Source: an uncultured delta proteobacterium (lineage in GTDB: Bacteria; Desulfobacterota; Desulfobulbia; Desulfobulbales; Desulfocapsaceae). From it: DNA of 64,000 nucleotides. Positions 40,580 to 49,434 of this stretch are shown piece after piece; the stretch's first letter is position 1; every line of letters starts with the position of its first letter. The position numbers and the translations under genes are program-made. Under the pieces are notes generated by a model that saw nothing but the letters and a program-made list of their open reading frames with translations, was not told the DNA's origin and searched no databases. Location: positions 836 through 64,835 of the forward strand of contig CAWDST010000024.1 in NCBI GenBank assembly GCA_963804965.1, given 5' to 3'.

Positions 40580-41467
40580 ATGCTTTACATCATCGAGGAC
40601 ATGATCAACGGCATCCTCATGGGGTCGATCTACGGTTTAACCGCCATGGGCTTGACCATCATCTTCGGGGTTCTCAAGGTCATCAACTTCGCCCACGGCT
40701 CACTCCTCATGGTCGGTATGTATGCGACCTACTGGGCGATCACCCTGACGGGGGTTCACCCCTATCTGGCTTTGGTCATGGTCATCCCGGCCATGTTCAT
40801 CTTCGGCTACTATCTGCAGGCCATCGTCATCAAGCCGATCTTCATTGCCGAAAAAAACGTCCGCGAGCCGATTACCGTCATTATCGTCACCACCGGCATC
40901 TGGTACATCCTCGACAACCTGGCCCTCCTGGTGTTCGGGCCGCAATACCGGTCGCTGGCCGATAATCCGCTGAAGGGCAAGATGCTCGAACTGGGCGGGA
41001 TATTCGTCTCCCAACCGAAACTATTCGGCTTTATCACCGCCATCATCACTGCCTCGGCTATCCACTGGTTCCTTCAGAAAACTGTTTTGGGCCGGGCCAT
41101 CCGGGCCACCAGTATGGATCGGGAGGCGGCAAGCCTGATGGGCATTAACCAGTATCGCATCTATAACGTCGCCTTCGGAATCGGCGCCGCCACAACAGGC
41201 ATCGCCGCAGTAACCCTCCTGCCGTTTTACAACGTCTTTCCGACGGTGGGTGTGCTCTTTGATATCAAATGCTTTATCATCGTCGTCCTCGGCGGACTCG
41301 GGTCGATCAGCGGTGCCCTGCTTGGCGGCATCATAATCGGTCTGATCGAGTCAGTGGGGCCGCAATTTATGACCGCAACCTGGACCGAAGCCATTGTCTA
41401 CGGCTTGTTCCTTCTCGTCCTGTTTGTCAAACCCTCCGGCCTTTTCGGACAGAAACACGACTGGTAA
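40580..41467 (+). CDS. LivH-type ABC permease
   Basis: GSIYGLTAMGLTIIFGVLKVINFAHG, GRAIRA, KPSGLFG. Confidence 0.92.
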   Translation: MLYIIEDMINGILMGSIYGLTAMGLTIIFGVLKVINFAHGSLLMVGMYATYWAITLTGVHPYLALVMVIPAMFIFGYYLQAIVIKPIFIAEKNVREPITVIIVTTGIWYILDNLALLVFGPQYRSLADNPLKGKMLELGGIFVSQPKLFGFITAIITASAIHWFLQKTVLGRAIRATSMDREAASLMGINQYRIYNVAFGIGAATTGIAAVTLLPFYNVFPTVGVLFDIKCFIIVVLGGLGSISGALLGGIIIGLIESVGPQFMTATWTEAIVYGLFLLVLFVKPSGLFGQKHDW

Positions 41468-41578
41468 AGGGAAAAAGGCGGCCGGGCTATGCCCGCCGAC
41501 CTGCGAGCAAGCAACACAACCAACCCGGGCGAGGAGAAGCCGTCTCGCATACCCTCCCCAATGATAAGGACTCTCGTA

Positions 41579-42583
41579 ATGAACCATCAACATTTCAATA
41601 AATTCATGCTGGTCGGGGTTGTGGTACTCGCCTTCGCGCTGCCGCTGGTCGTCCGCAGCGCCACCTACATGCACATCCTGGTTCTGTTGTTGTTCTATGC
41701 CTATCTGACGACAAGCTGGAATATCGTCGGCGGTTTTGCCGGTGTACTGCCGCTTGGCCACGCCGCCTTTGTCGGTATCGGCGCCTATACCTCGACGGTC
41801 CTGTCGCTGCAATACGGCATCAGTCCATGGCTTGGCATGCTGGTCGGTGGCGTCCTGGCAACCATTGCCGGGATCATCATCGGCCTGCCGACCCTGAAGA
41901 TGCGCGGCGCCTACTTTGCCCTCGCCACCATCGCCTTTGCCGAAGGGTTCCGGGTCATGGTCGAAAACGTCGATTACATCGGCCCGCTCAAACTGAACGG
42001 CCCGCGCGGCCTGCAGATTCCGCCTCTGGACACCGGTTTTGCCGGCTTTATGTTCGCCACCAAGGAGCCCTATTATTATATCATCCTGGTCATGCTCCTC
42101 GCCGTCATGCTCCTCACCTATGTCATCTCCCGCTCGAAGCTCGGCTATTACCTGATCGCCGGCGGCGAGGAACCGGAGGCAGCCATGGCCCTAGGCATCA
42201 ACGTCGCCCGCGCCCGACTCATCGCCATGGCGATCAGCTCCTTTCTCACCGCCCTGGCCGGAACCTTTTACGCCCAGTTTTCCCTGTATATTCACCCGAA
42301 AAGCATCATCTCGCTGGACATGTCGTTTGAGATCGCTTTTATCGCCCTGATCGGCGGCCGCGGCTCGATCGTCGGCCCCCTGCTCGGCGCCATGCTTCTG
42401 CGACCGGTAAGCGACTTCTGCCGCATCTATTTCGGCGACACCCTGCCGGGGATGCACCTCATTATTTTCGGGCTGGTCCTTATCCTGGTTATGTTCTACC
42501 AGCCACGCGGCCTGCAGGAACCGCTCAGCCGAATCTACCAGCGGCTGTTCACCCGAAAGACCCTAGCCACCAGCGGGAGATAA
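41579..42583 (+). CDS. LivM-type ABC permease
   Basis: WNIVGGFAG, LGHAAFVGIGAY, GAYFALAT, PRGL. Confidence 0.92.
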   Translation: MNHQHFNKFMLVGVVVLAFALPLVVRSATYMHILVLLLFYAYLTTSWNIVGGFAGVLPLGHAAFVGIGAYTSTVLSLQYGISPWLGMLVGGVLATIAGIIIGLPTLKMRGAYFALATIAFAEGFRVMVENVDYIGPLKLNGPRGLQIPPLDTGFAGFMFATKEPYYYIILVMLLAVMLLTYVISRSKLGYYLIAGGEEPEAAMALGINVARARLIAMAISSFLTALAGTFYAQFSLYIHPKSIISLDMSFEIAFIALIGGRGSIVGPLLGAMLLRPVSDFCRIYFGDTLPGMHLIIFGLVLILVMFYQPRGLQEPLSRIYQRLFTRKTLATSGR

Positions 42584-42587
42584 GGCC

Positions 42588-43313
42588 ATGATCATTCTGC
42601 AAGTTGATAATATGACAAAAGAATTCGGTGGATTACGAGCAATCGACAGTCTCACTCTGACCATTGAGAAAGGCCAGATCCTCGGCCTCATCGGCCCGAA
42701 CGGCGCCGGTAAATCCACCGCCTTCAACTGCATCGCCGGCTCTTTTGCCCCGACCAAGGGCGAGATCACCTTCGACGGACAGCGGATTACCGGGGAAAAA
42801 CCGTGGAACCTCTGCAAGATGGGTTTGGCCAGGACTTTCCAGATCGTCAAACCCTTTGCCACAAAAAGCGTCCTCTACAACGTCACGGTGGCAAGCTTTG
42901 CCACCACCACGAGCCGGAAAATAGCCGAGGAAAAGGCGGTGGCGGTGCTGGAATCACTGAACTTCGGAAACAAAAAAGAAATCATCTCCGGCAATCTGAC
43001 TATTGCCGACCGCAAGCGCCTGGAGATCGCCAAGGCCCTGGCGACCGAGCCGAAACTGCTGCTCCTCGACGAGGTCATGGCCGGCCTCAGGCCGAACGAG
43101 GTGGACGAGATGGTCGATATCCTCAAGGCGGTCCGCGATCGGGGCATCACCATTTTCGTCATCGAACATATCATGCGGGCGATCATGGCCCTGTCCGACC
43201 GAATTGTCGTCATCCAGTTCGGCAAGAAGATCGCCGAGGGACTACCGAAGGAAATCGCCAATAACGAAAAGGTTATCAAGGCCTATCTGGGAGAAGACTA
43301 TGTCGTTGCTTGA
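42588..43313 (+). CDS. LivG-type ABC ATPase
   Basis: FGGLRA, GPNGAGKST, ARTFQ, LLDE, IEH, AYLG. Confidence 0.93.
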   Translation: MIILQVDNMTKEFGGLRAIDSLTLTIEKGQILGLIGPNGAGKSTAFNCIAGSFAPTKGEITFDGQRITGEKPWNLCKMGLARTFQIVKPFATKSVLYNVTVASFATTTSRKIAEEKAVAVLESLNFGNKKEIISGNLTIADRKRLEIAKALATEPKLLLLDEVMAGLRPNEVDEMVDILKAVRDRGITIFVIEHIMRAIMALSDRIVVIQFGKKIAEGLPKEIANNEKVIKAYLGEDYVVA

Positions 43314-44010
43314 AATTCATAAAATCGACGCCTTCTATGGCGATGTCCAGGTCATCTTCGAACTGTCGCTCAGGGTGGAAAAGGGCGAGGTGGTGAGCAT
43401 CATCGGTGGCAACGGCGCCAGCAAATCGACGCTCCTGCGGGTCATCTCCGGCCTCATGCAACCTACCGCCGGCCGAATTTCCTTCCAGGGCACGGACATC
43501 CACAACGAGCCCCCGGAAAACATCGTCACCCACGGCATCGTCCATGTACCCGAGGGACGGCGACTCTTTCCGCTGATGTCGGTGAAAGACAATCTCCTGG
43601 TCGGCGCCTATAACAAAAGGGCCCGGGTGGACGTGGAGAAAACCTTGAAGGAGGTATATCAACTCCTGCCACGCCTCGCCGAACGGGAAAACCAAACGGC
43701 CATGACCCTTTCCGGCGGCGAGCAGCAGATGGTGGCCATCGGCCGCGGCCTGATGTCCAAGCCGCATCTCCTGATGCTCGACGAGCCGTCCCTCGGCCTC
43801 GCCCCGATCCTCATCAAGGACATCTTCGAAACGGTGCGCAAGATCGCCGACCAGGGCACCACCGTCCTCATGGTCGAGCAGGATGTCCGCCATTCGCTGA
43901 GCCTCAGCGACCGCGGCTACGTACTCGAACATGGCCGGGTGGTCATGGAGGGCAAGGCGAGCGATTTGATCGATGACCCGCATATTCGCACGGCTTATCT
44001 GGGGATGTAA
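43300..44010 (+). CDS. LivF-type ABC ATPase
   Basis: GGNGASKST, VPEGRRLF, LSGGEQQM, DEPSLGLAP. Confidence 0.93.
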   Translation: MSLLEIHKIDAFYGDVQVIFELSLRVEKGEVVSIIGGNGASKSTLLRVISGLMQPTAGRISFQGTDIHNEPPENIVTHGIVHVPEGRRLFPLMSVKDNLLVGAYNKRARVDVEKTLKEVYQLLPRLAERENQTAMTLSGGEQQMVAIGRGLMSKPHLLMLDEPSLGLAPILIKDIFETVRKIADQGTTVLMVEQDVRHSLSLSDRGYVLEHGRVVMEGKASDLIDDPHIRTAYLGM

Positions 44011-44027
44011 GTTGGAGAAAGCCACAG

Positions 44028-44064
44028 CAATGCAAATTTAAATCATCACTTTAAATTTGCATTG
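44028..44064. terminator. Long AT-rich hairpin after the ABC operon
   Basis: CAATGCAAATTTAAA-N7-TTTAAATTTGCATTG. Confidence 0.55.
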
Positions 44065-44318
44065 TTCATGTTTTCCCGATATGCACTTTCTTCGCCAGGT
44101 CACCTGTGACAAATATCTCCATCTTTTCACTTCGCTCCACCTCCCGCCAAGATCTCCTTTCTAACCCTAGGTGAGGTCAGGTAATTCCTGAGTTCCTTTT
44201 CAGGTTTGCACCGATTGTCTTCCGCAACGATTCACGCTAGCGTGCCGGATATTCGATCTTTCAGCTGGAGTCTGCTTAAATAAGCAGAAGTCATTGCGAT
44301 GCCTGTTCAATCTGCGGA

Positions 44319-44438
44319 TCTTGCAAAAACTCAAGGATCTTGTTATAGTCTTCCCGAGACAGGGAGAAACCAATAGCTGAAGATGATTTTCAACAGCTTG
44401 ACTCCCCCGACTCCACAGGAATGACGATTATTGCAAGA
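44319..44438. repeat. Degenerate MITE/REP-like element
   Basis: Terminal TCTTGCAA...TTGCAAGA with internal GTCTTCCC...GGAATGAC imperfect palindrome. Confidence 0.4.
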
Positions 44439-44530
44439 GACCTCATCTGCCTATGATGAAAGCGTTCTCGGCATGCTCGCCAGCCGGACCGCAGCAACAT
44501 CCTTTCCCCAATGCCTAAAGGAGATAGCCA

Positions 44531-46141
44531 ATGAACCAGTCAAGTGTTAATTACGATGTCCTCACCCCGGTAAAGTTCCTTGTGCGCAGTGCCGAGGTCT
44601 ATCCGCAAAAGACCGCGGTCGTCCACGGCGACAAACGTTATTCCTACGAGCAGTTTTTAGATCGCGTCAATCGCCTGGCCAATGGTCTTCGCGCCAAGGG
44701 GATAGGTAAAGGTGATAAAGTCGCATTTCTCTGCCCCAACATCCCGCCGATGCTTGAAGCACATTATGCCGTGCCGATGATCGGCGCGGTCCTGGTCAGC
44801 ATCAATGTTCGCCTTTCTCCCGGCGAGATCGGCTATATCGTTCGCCATTCCGACAGCAAGGCGGTTTTTGTCGACAACCAACTGGCGGCCTCAATCGCGC
44901 CGGTCGTGAGCGAACTGGCCGATGTGGCGTTCTATGTCAACATCTGCGATGCCGCACCCGAAATGCCCCTTCCAGGTCCCGGGTATGAGGAGTTTCTCGC
45001 TCAGGCGTCACCCGCACCGGTCGCCATTGAGGTCGACGACGAATATCAGCCGATCACCATCAATTACACCAGCGGCACGACCGGCTTGCCCAAGGGCGTG
45101 GTATACCATCATCGCGGCGCCTATCTCAATGCCCTGGGTGAGATCCAGGAAGCTGGAATGACCTGCGATTCGAACTATCTTTGGACCCTGCCGATGTTCC
45201 ACTGCAACGGCTGGTGTTTTACCTGGGCGGTCACTGCCATCGGCGGCACCCATGTCTGCCTGCGGCAGTTGTCGGCGCCCGATATTTTCCGCCTGATCGA
45301 GGCGGAAAAGGTCTCGCATATGTGCGCCGCCCCGACCATTCTCATTATGATGCTCGCCGACCCCAGGGCCAAGGAATTCAAGCTCGACCACCCCCTGACC
45401 ATCCTTACCGCCGGGGCGCCACCGTCGCCGACGGTCATCGAACAGATCGAGGGCATGGGCGCCACCATCGTCCACGTTTACGGCTTGACCGAGGTCTATG
45501 GCCCCCATTCCGTCTGTGCCCGCCAACCATCCTGGGGTCAGCTTGACAAGGAAGAACTCGCGAAGATCAAGGCGCGGCAGGGTGTAGCCTACGTCACCGC
45601 CCTGTATCTCGACGTGGTTGACATCTCAACCATGGTGCCGGTGCCGCGGGATGGCAAAACCATGGGCGAGATCGTCATGCGCGGCAACAACGTCATGCTC
45701 GGCTACTACAAAGATGAAGCAACTTCGGCCAAGGCCTTCCGGGGCGGCTGGTTCCACAGCGGCGACCTGGCGGTGATCCATGCCGACGGTTATATCCAGA
45801 TTATGGACCGCGACAAGGATATCATCATCAGCGGCGGCGAAAATATCTCCTCGGTCGAGCTGGAAAATGTCATCTATCGCCATCCGAAGGTACAGGAGGT
45901 AGCGGTGGTGTCCACCCCGGACGCCAAGTGGGGAGAGGTGCCCAAGGCCTTTGTCACCCCGAAGCCGGGCAGCAATCTGACTTCCGAGGAGATTGTCGAA
46001 TTCTGCAAGCAGAACCTGGCCAGGTTCAAGGCACCGAAGGACATCGTCTTCTGCGAGTTGCCGAAGACCGCCACCGGCAAGATCCTCAAATTCAAGCTGC
46101 GGCAAAAGGAGTGGGAAGGGCGGGAGAAGAAGGTGAATTAA
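44531..46141 (+). CDS. Acyl-CoA synthetase (AMP-forming)
   Basis: YTSGTTGLPKG, LPMFHCNGW, YGLTE, WFHSGD, DRDKDIIISGGENI, LPKTATGK. Confidence 0.95.
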   Translation: MNQSSVNYDVLTPVKFLVRSAEVYPQKTAVVHGDKRYSYEQFLDRVNRLANGLRAKGIGKGDKVAFLCPNIPPMLEAHYAVPMIGAVLVSINVRLSPGEIGYIVRHSDSKAVFVDNQLAASIAPVVSELADVAFYVNICDAAPEMPLPGPGYEEFLAQASPAPVAIEVDDEYQPITINYTSGTTGLPKGVVYHHRGAYLNALGEIQEAGMTCDSNYLWTLPMFHCNGWCFTWAVTAIGGTHVCLRQLSAPDIFRLIEAEKVSHMCAAPTILIMMLADPRAKEFKLDHPLTILTAGAPPSPTVIEQIEGMGATIVHVYGLTEVYGPHSVCARQPSWGQLDKEELAKIKARQGVAYVTALYLDVVDISTMVPVPRDGKTMGEIVMRGNNVMLGYYKDEATSAKAFRGGWFHSGDLAVIHADGYIQIMDRDKDIIISGGENISSVELENVIYRHPKVQEVAVVSTPDAKWGEVPKAFVTPKPGSNLTSEEIVEFCKQNLARFKAPKDIVFCELPKTATGKILKFKLRQKEWEGREKKVN

Positions 46142-46235
46142 GCTGACTGCGACGTGGAGAAATGAGGGTCGGGCTTCAACAATTGACATACATTGTTGGT
46201 TGTTGGGACTGGCCCTCTTCTGTTGTTGCTCCTCT

Positions 46236-46796
46236 TTACCGTGGCAGCATCGCCTGCGGATTGCACCCTTCCCGCAAAATGCATTGTAAGAAGGAATATG
46301 GCGCTATTGCGCCTCTTCGTGTTTGCCAGCTATATGGCGTCGATGCGGAAGAAATTCCAAAATGGAGATGGGTTGGCGTACCTTTGGCGTTCCCGGAATT
46401 ACCAAGACAGCCGAGGACCTCTCCCGCCTGCAGCCGTTGCCCCACACTGATTTTTTCAGAGACACTCTCCAGGTGGCTGCCGTAATAGCGAAACCCGTCA
46501 TCACCGATCAGACTCACCCATTTGCCCCCTTTCTTGGCGGGGTCATTGCTCTTCTTGTCCCATTCGTCGTTTTTTTGCAGGTCCTCAACCACCCCTGAGA
46601 CGGGAGCAACGAAGACACTCCCCCGTTTGGCGAAGATATCGATGCCGGGATAGCTATGGCCGCCGGCGGAAAATGCTTCCTTCTCGACTGGTTGAACAGG
46701 AAAACAATATTGAATTTCAGCGGCCTGGGGTATTGAGGCGACGAGACACTGAGACAGAAATATAACAAAAAATAAGAGAGACGTTTTGTTGTTCAT
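46236..46796 (-). CDS. Secreted M23 family peptidase
   Basis: Signal peptide, HSYPGIDIFA, YYGSHL, GNSGNA, HLHFGI; preceded by GTTAGAA. Confidence 0.85.
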   Translation of the reverse strand: MNNKTSLLFFVIFLSQCLVASIPQAAEIQYCFPVQPVEKEAFSAGGHSYPGIDIFAKRGSVFVAPVSGVVEDLQKNDEWDKKSNDPAKKGGKWVSLIGDDGFRYYGSHLESVSEKISVGQRLQAGEVLGCLGNSGNAKGTPTHLHFGISSASTPYSWQTRRGAIAPYSFLQCILREGCNPQAMLPR

Positions 46797-46857
46797 TTTT
46801 CTAACTTATTTACGGCTTCGGGCAATTTTGATGCCGAACAGTAAAATTACTAGCTTG

Positions 46858-46902
46858 GTTGGTGAATTTTTTATTGGAAATGAGTAAGGTGTCCCTGTAT
46901 TT
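46858..46902 (-). repeat. Repeat Y (GGGACAC element), copy 2
   Basis: AAATACAGGGACACCTTACTCATTTCCAATAAAAAATTCACCAAC on the minus strand. Confidence 0.55.
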
Positions 46903-47288
46903 CACCTGTATTTCAAGCCAAAGAGCTTAAGAAAAAACAAGTGCACATAGAGCATTGATTGAGCCACAGAACTAGGAAATACATTTTTCAAATCGATAAC
47001 GTCGCCACTCTTTATAGGTGGGAGTCTTTCGCGAAAAAATCTTGAAAGACTTTCCCACGCTTTATCATGAACTGCAGTTCTCGCGTTATTACAAGATGGA
47101 CATATTTTGCCAGTACCCTTAAGCCTATCAGACTTCTTGATACTGCCGATCTTTTGGTTCTTCCTGTGATCTGTGTGAAAAAATATTGGATTCTTCTGTG
47201 TTACATCACCAAATTGAGCTCGAAGATCTGAGGCCTTAGATAGATGTTCACCTGTCGTCCCATCATCGCCACAAATCCAGCATTTCAT
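46902..47288 (-). CDS. HNH-like zinc-binding protein, cassette-like, probably truncated
   Basis: CWICG...GEH...ICPSCNN; GAGG RBS; ends at an 11-bp tandem duplication. Confidence 0.6.
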   Translation of the reverse strand: MKCWICGDDGTTGEHLSKASDLRAQFGDVTQKNPIFFHTDHRKNQKIGSIKKSDRLKGTGKICPSCNNARTAVHDKAWESLSRFFRERLPPIKSGDVIDLKNVFPSSVAQSMLYVHLFFLKLFGLKYR

Positions 47289-47305
47289 ATTGGTGTTTCC
47301 TCAAA

Positions 47306-47350
47306 ACATAACAAGTTATTCTGCTGATCAGAATAACTTCCCAATTTGCA
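47306..47350 (-). repeat. attI-like repeat X, copy 3
   Basis: TGCAAATTGGGAAGTTATTCTGATCAGCAGAATAACTT-GTTATGT on the minus strand, directly before the HNH-like gene. Confidence 0.75.
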
Positions 47351-47668
47351 GGGTTTCTTACGAATTTTGTTAGACCGGTAAAATCAAGGCTATTGCCTTA
47401 CAATCCTATTATGGTGGGTAGGGTACCAATATTTTGTAAAATATTCTTAATAAAACATTACTTGCTGTAACTCAATGTCCTGGCAGTGAATCTTGGTTTT
47501 AAATCGATTAAAAACACAAATTTTGTTGTCACACTTGACGATCGACTGACAATTCTCAACACCGACACACCATAATCGTCATCGGTAAAAGACCAAATGG
47601 CAACCATGGCAACGGCCATATTCCATGGCAAGGACTGACCGAGGGCAAAAACCGACATTGCCCCCAAC

Positions 47669-47720
47669 AAAAAAAAACGGCCGCCACGCCGGGAGAAAGA
47701 ATAACGTGACGACCGTGGGG
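47669..47720 (-). terminator. Intrinsic terminator after etfA
   Basis: ACGGTCGTCACG...CGTGGCGGCCGT hairpin followed by a T-run on the minus strand. Confidence 0.7.
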
Positions 47721-47728
47721 AGAGCTTT

Positions 47729-48643
47729 TTACGCGGCCTGGAGACGTTCGGTGAGTATCGGCAGAAATTGTTTAAGGTCGGCGACCACGAAGACATCGGC
47801 AACCTCGCCGATGGGCGCATCGCGATCGGTATTGACGGCAACGACGAATTCCGATTTCTTCATGCCCGCCAGGTGCTGCACCGCCCCGGAGATGCCGCAG
47901 GCGACATAGAGTTTCGGGGCAACGGTGGTGCCGGTGGTGCCGACCTGGCGATTGTACTCAACCCAAAGGGCATCGACCACCGGCCGGCTGGCGCCGTATT
48001 CGCCGCCAAGGGCATTAGCAAGTCCCGCCACCATGGCGATATTTTCCGGCTTGCCGACGCCGCGTCCGGCGCTGACGATGACCGAGGCCTTGCTGAGATC
48101 AACCGCGCCTTTTTCCGCCACCTCGTAGCCGAGCAGTTCCACCTGTCCCTTGCCATCGATAGCCAGACGAACGACCGCCGGCTCACCGACTGGAGCCTTT
48201 TCGGCGATGAAGGCTCCGGCCTGGAGAGTGAGGATGGTCACCGGCCGCAGGCTCTTCACCGTGCGGCGCAGCTTGGCGTTGCAGGCCGGCACCTGCCAGC
48301 CATCGCCGTCTATAGCCACCACCTCGGAGATCTGACCGGCGCCGAGCGCCACAGCCAGGCGAGGGGCGAGATCCCAGCCGTAGGAACTGTGGAGGAAGAC
48401 GATCAGGTCCGGCTGTTCGAGGATGGCGGCCTGTTTCAGCAGGTCCTTATGAACACCCGGATTGTATTCACCGCAAGCCGTACTGTCGGCCAGATAGAGA
48501 GTGCCGACAAATCGAGGCAGTTCGCCGCCACCCACCAGGAACATCGCCGGTTCCGCCCCGAGCCGCTCGGCAAAGGCCAACAGTTCCGAATAGTTGTCCT
48601 GCAGGTGGCCATCTCGTTGTTCGGCAACAAGTAAAATCTTCAT
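47729..48643 (-). CDS. etfA: Electron transfer flavoprotein alpha subunit
   Basis: VSAGRG, GASRPVVD, QVGTTG, GISGAVQHLAGM, NTDRDAPI. Confidence 0.95.
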   Translation of the reverse strand: MKILLVAEQRDGHLQDNYSELLAFAERLGAEPAMFLVGGGELPRFVGTLYLADSTACGEYNPGVHKDLLKQAAILEQPDLIVFLHSSYGWDLAPRLAVALGAGQISEVVAIDGDGWQVPACNAKLRRTVKSLRPVTILTLQAGAFIAEKAPVGEPAVVRLAIDGKGQVELLGYEVAEKGAVDLSKASVIVSAGRGVGKPENIAMVAGLANALGGEYGASRPVVDALWVEYNRQVGTTGTTVAPKLYVACGISGAVQHLAGMKKSEFVVAVNTDRDAPIGEVADVFVVADLKQFLPILTERLQAA

Positions 48644-48653
48644 TTGCTCTCTC

Positions 48654-49419
48654 CTAGGCCGGAAGGCCGGTCTTTTCCTTGAGTATTTTGATGAGTCGTT
48701 CGGCGATCTCGGCGGCATCGCCTTCCAGGAAGAGGCCCCCGCCCTTCTTCTCCGGCAGCCCCATCCGCTTGGTTTCTATGGCCGGCGAGGAGGTCGGCAC
48801 AACCGGTATAGTCAGCAGCTCCTTCTTCTTGGCCTTCATGATATTCGGCAGGGTCGGGTAGCGGGGGGTATTGAGGCCCAGCTGGCAGGTAACAAGGGTC
48901 GGCAAAGCGGTCCCCGACCACCATCCTCACCCCGCCCTCCAGTTCACGTTTGACGGTGACCGCCCGACCATCAAGGACAAAATCGACAACCGTGGTTACC
49001 GCTGTCATTCCGAGCAGTTCGGCAACCATCGGCCCGACCTGACCACTGCCTCTATCCTGGGACTGCATACCGCAAAAGATCAGCTCAAAACCCATGTCCC
49101 GGGCAAAGTCGGCGATATGATTGGCGATGACTAAAGGATCGCGGCGATGAACACTATCGTCGGCCAGGTGCACCCCTCGGTCGCAGCCCATCGCCAGGGC
49201 CTTCTTCATCGTCTCCTTGACCCGGTCGGGGCCGATGCACAGCACAGTCAGGTCTCCACCGCTCTGCTCCTTCACCCGGACCGCCTGCTCGACCCCGTAT
49301 TCGTCGTACTCGTTCATCCGCCAGGCGAGGTCACTGCGATCATACCAGAGACCGTCGCTGTCGATTTTGAATTTCGATTCCATATCGGGAACCTGTTTGA
49401 TACAAACCAAGAGTTTCAT
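48654..49419 (-). CDS. etfB: Electron transfer flavoprotein beta subunit; frameshift near 48905
   Basis: [27 protein letters not shown]; C-terminus [17 protein letters not shown] in another frame. Confidence 0.92.
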
Positions 49420-49434
49420 GGTTGCTCCTTATGA

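Noticed and set aside
47458-47841. 127-aa ORF downstream of etfA, or a leader peptide with ATGGCAAC repeats
   Set aside because: Overlaps etfA and crosses its terminator; no recognisable motif
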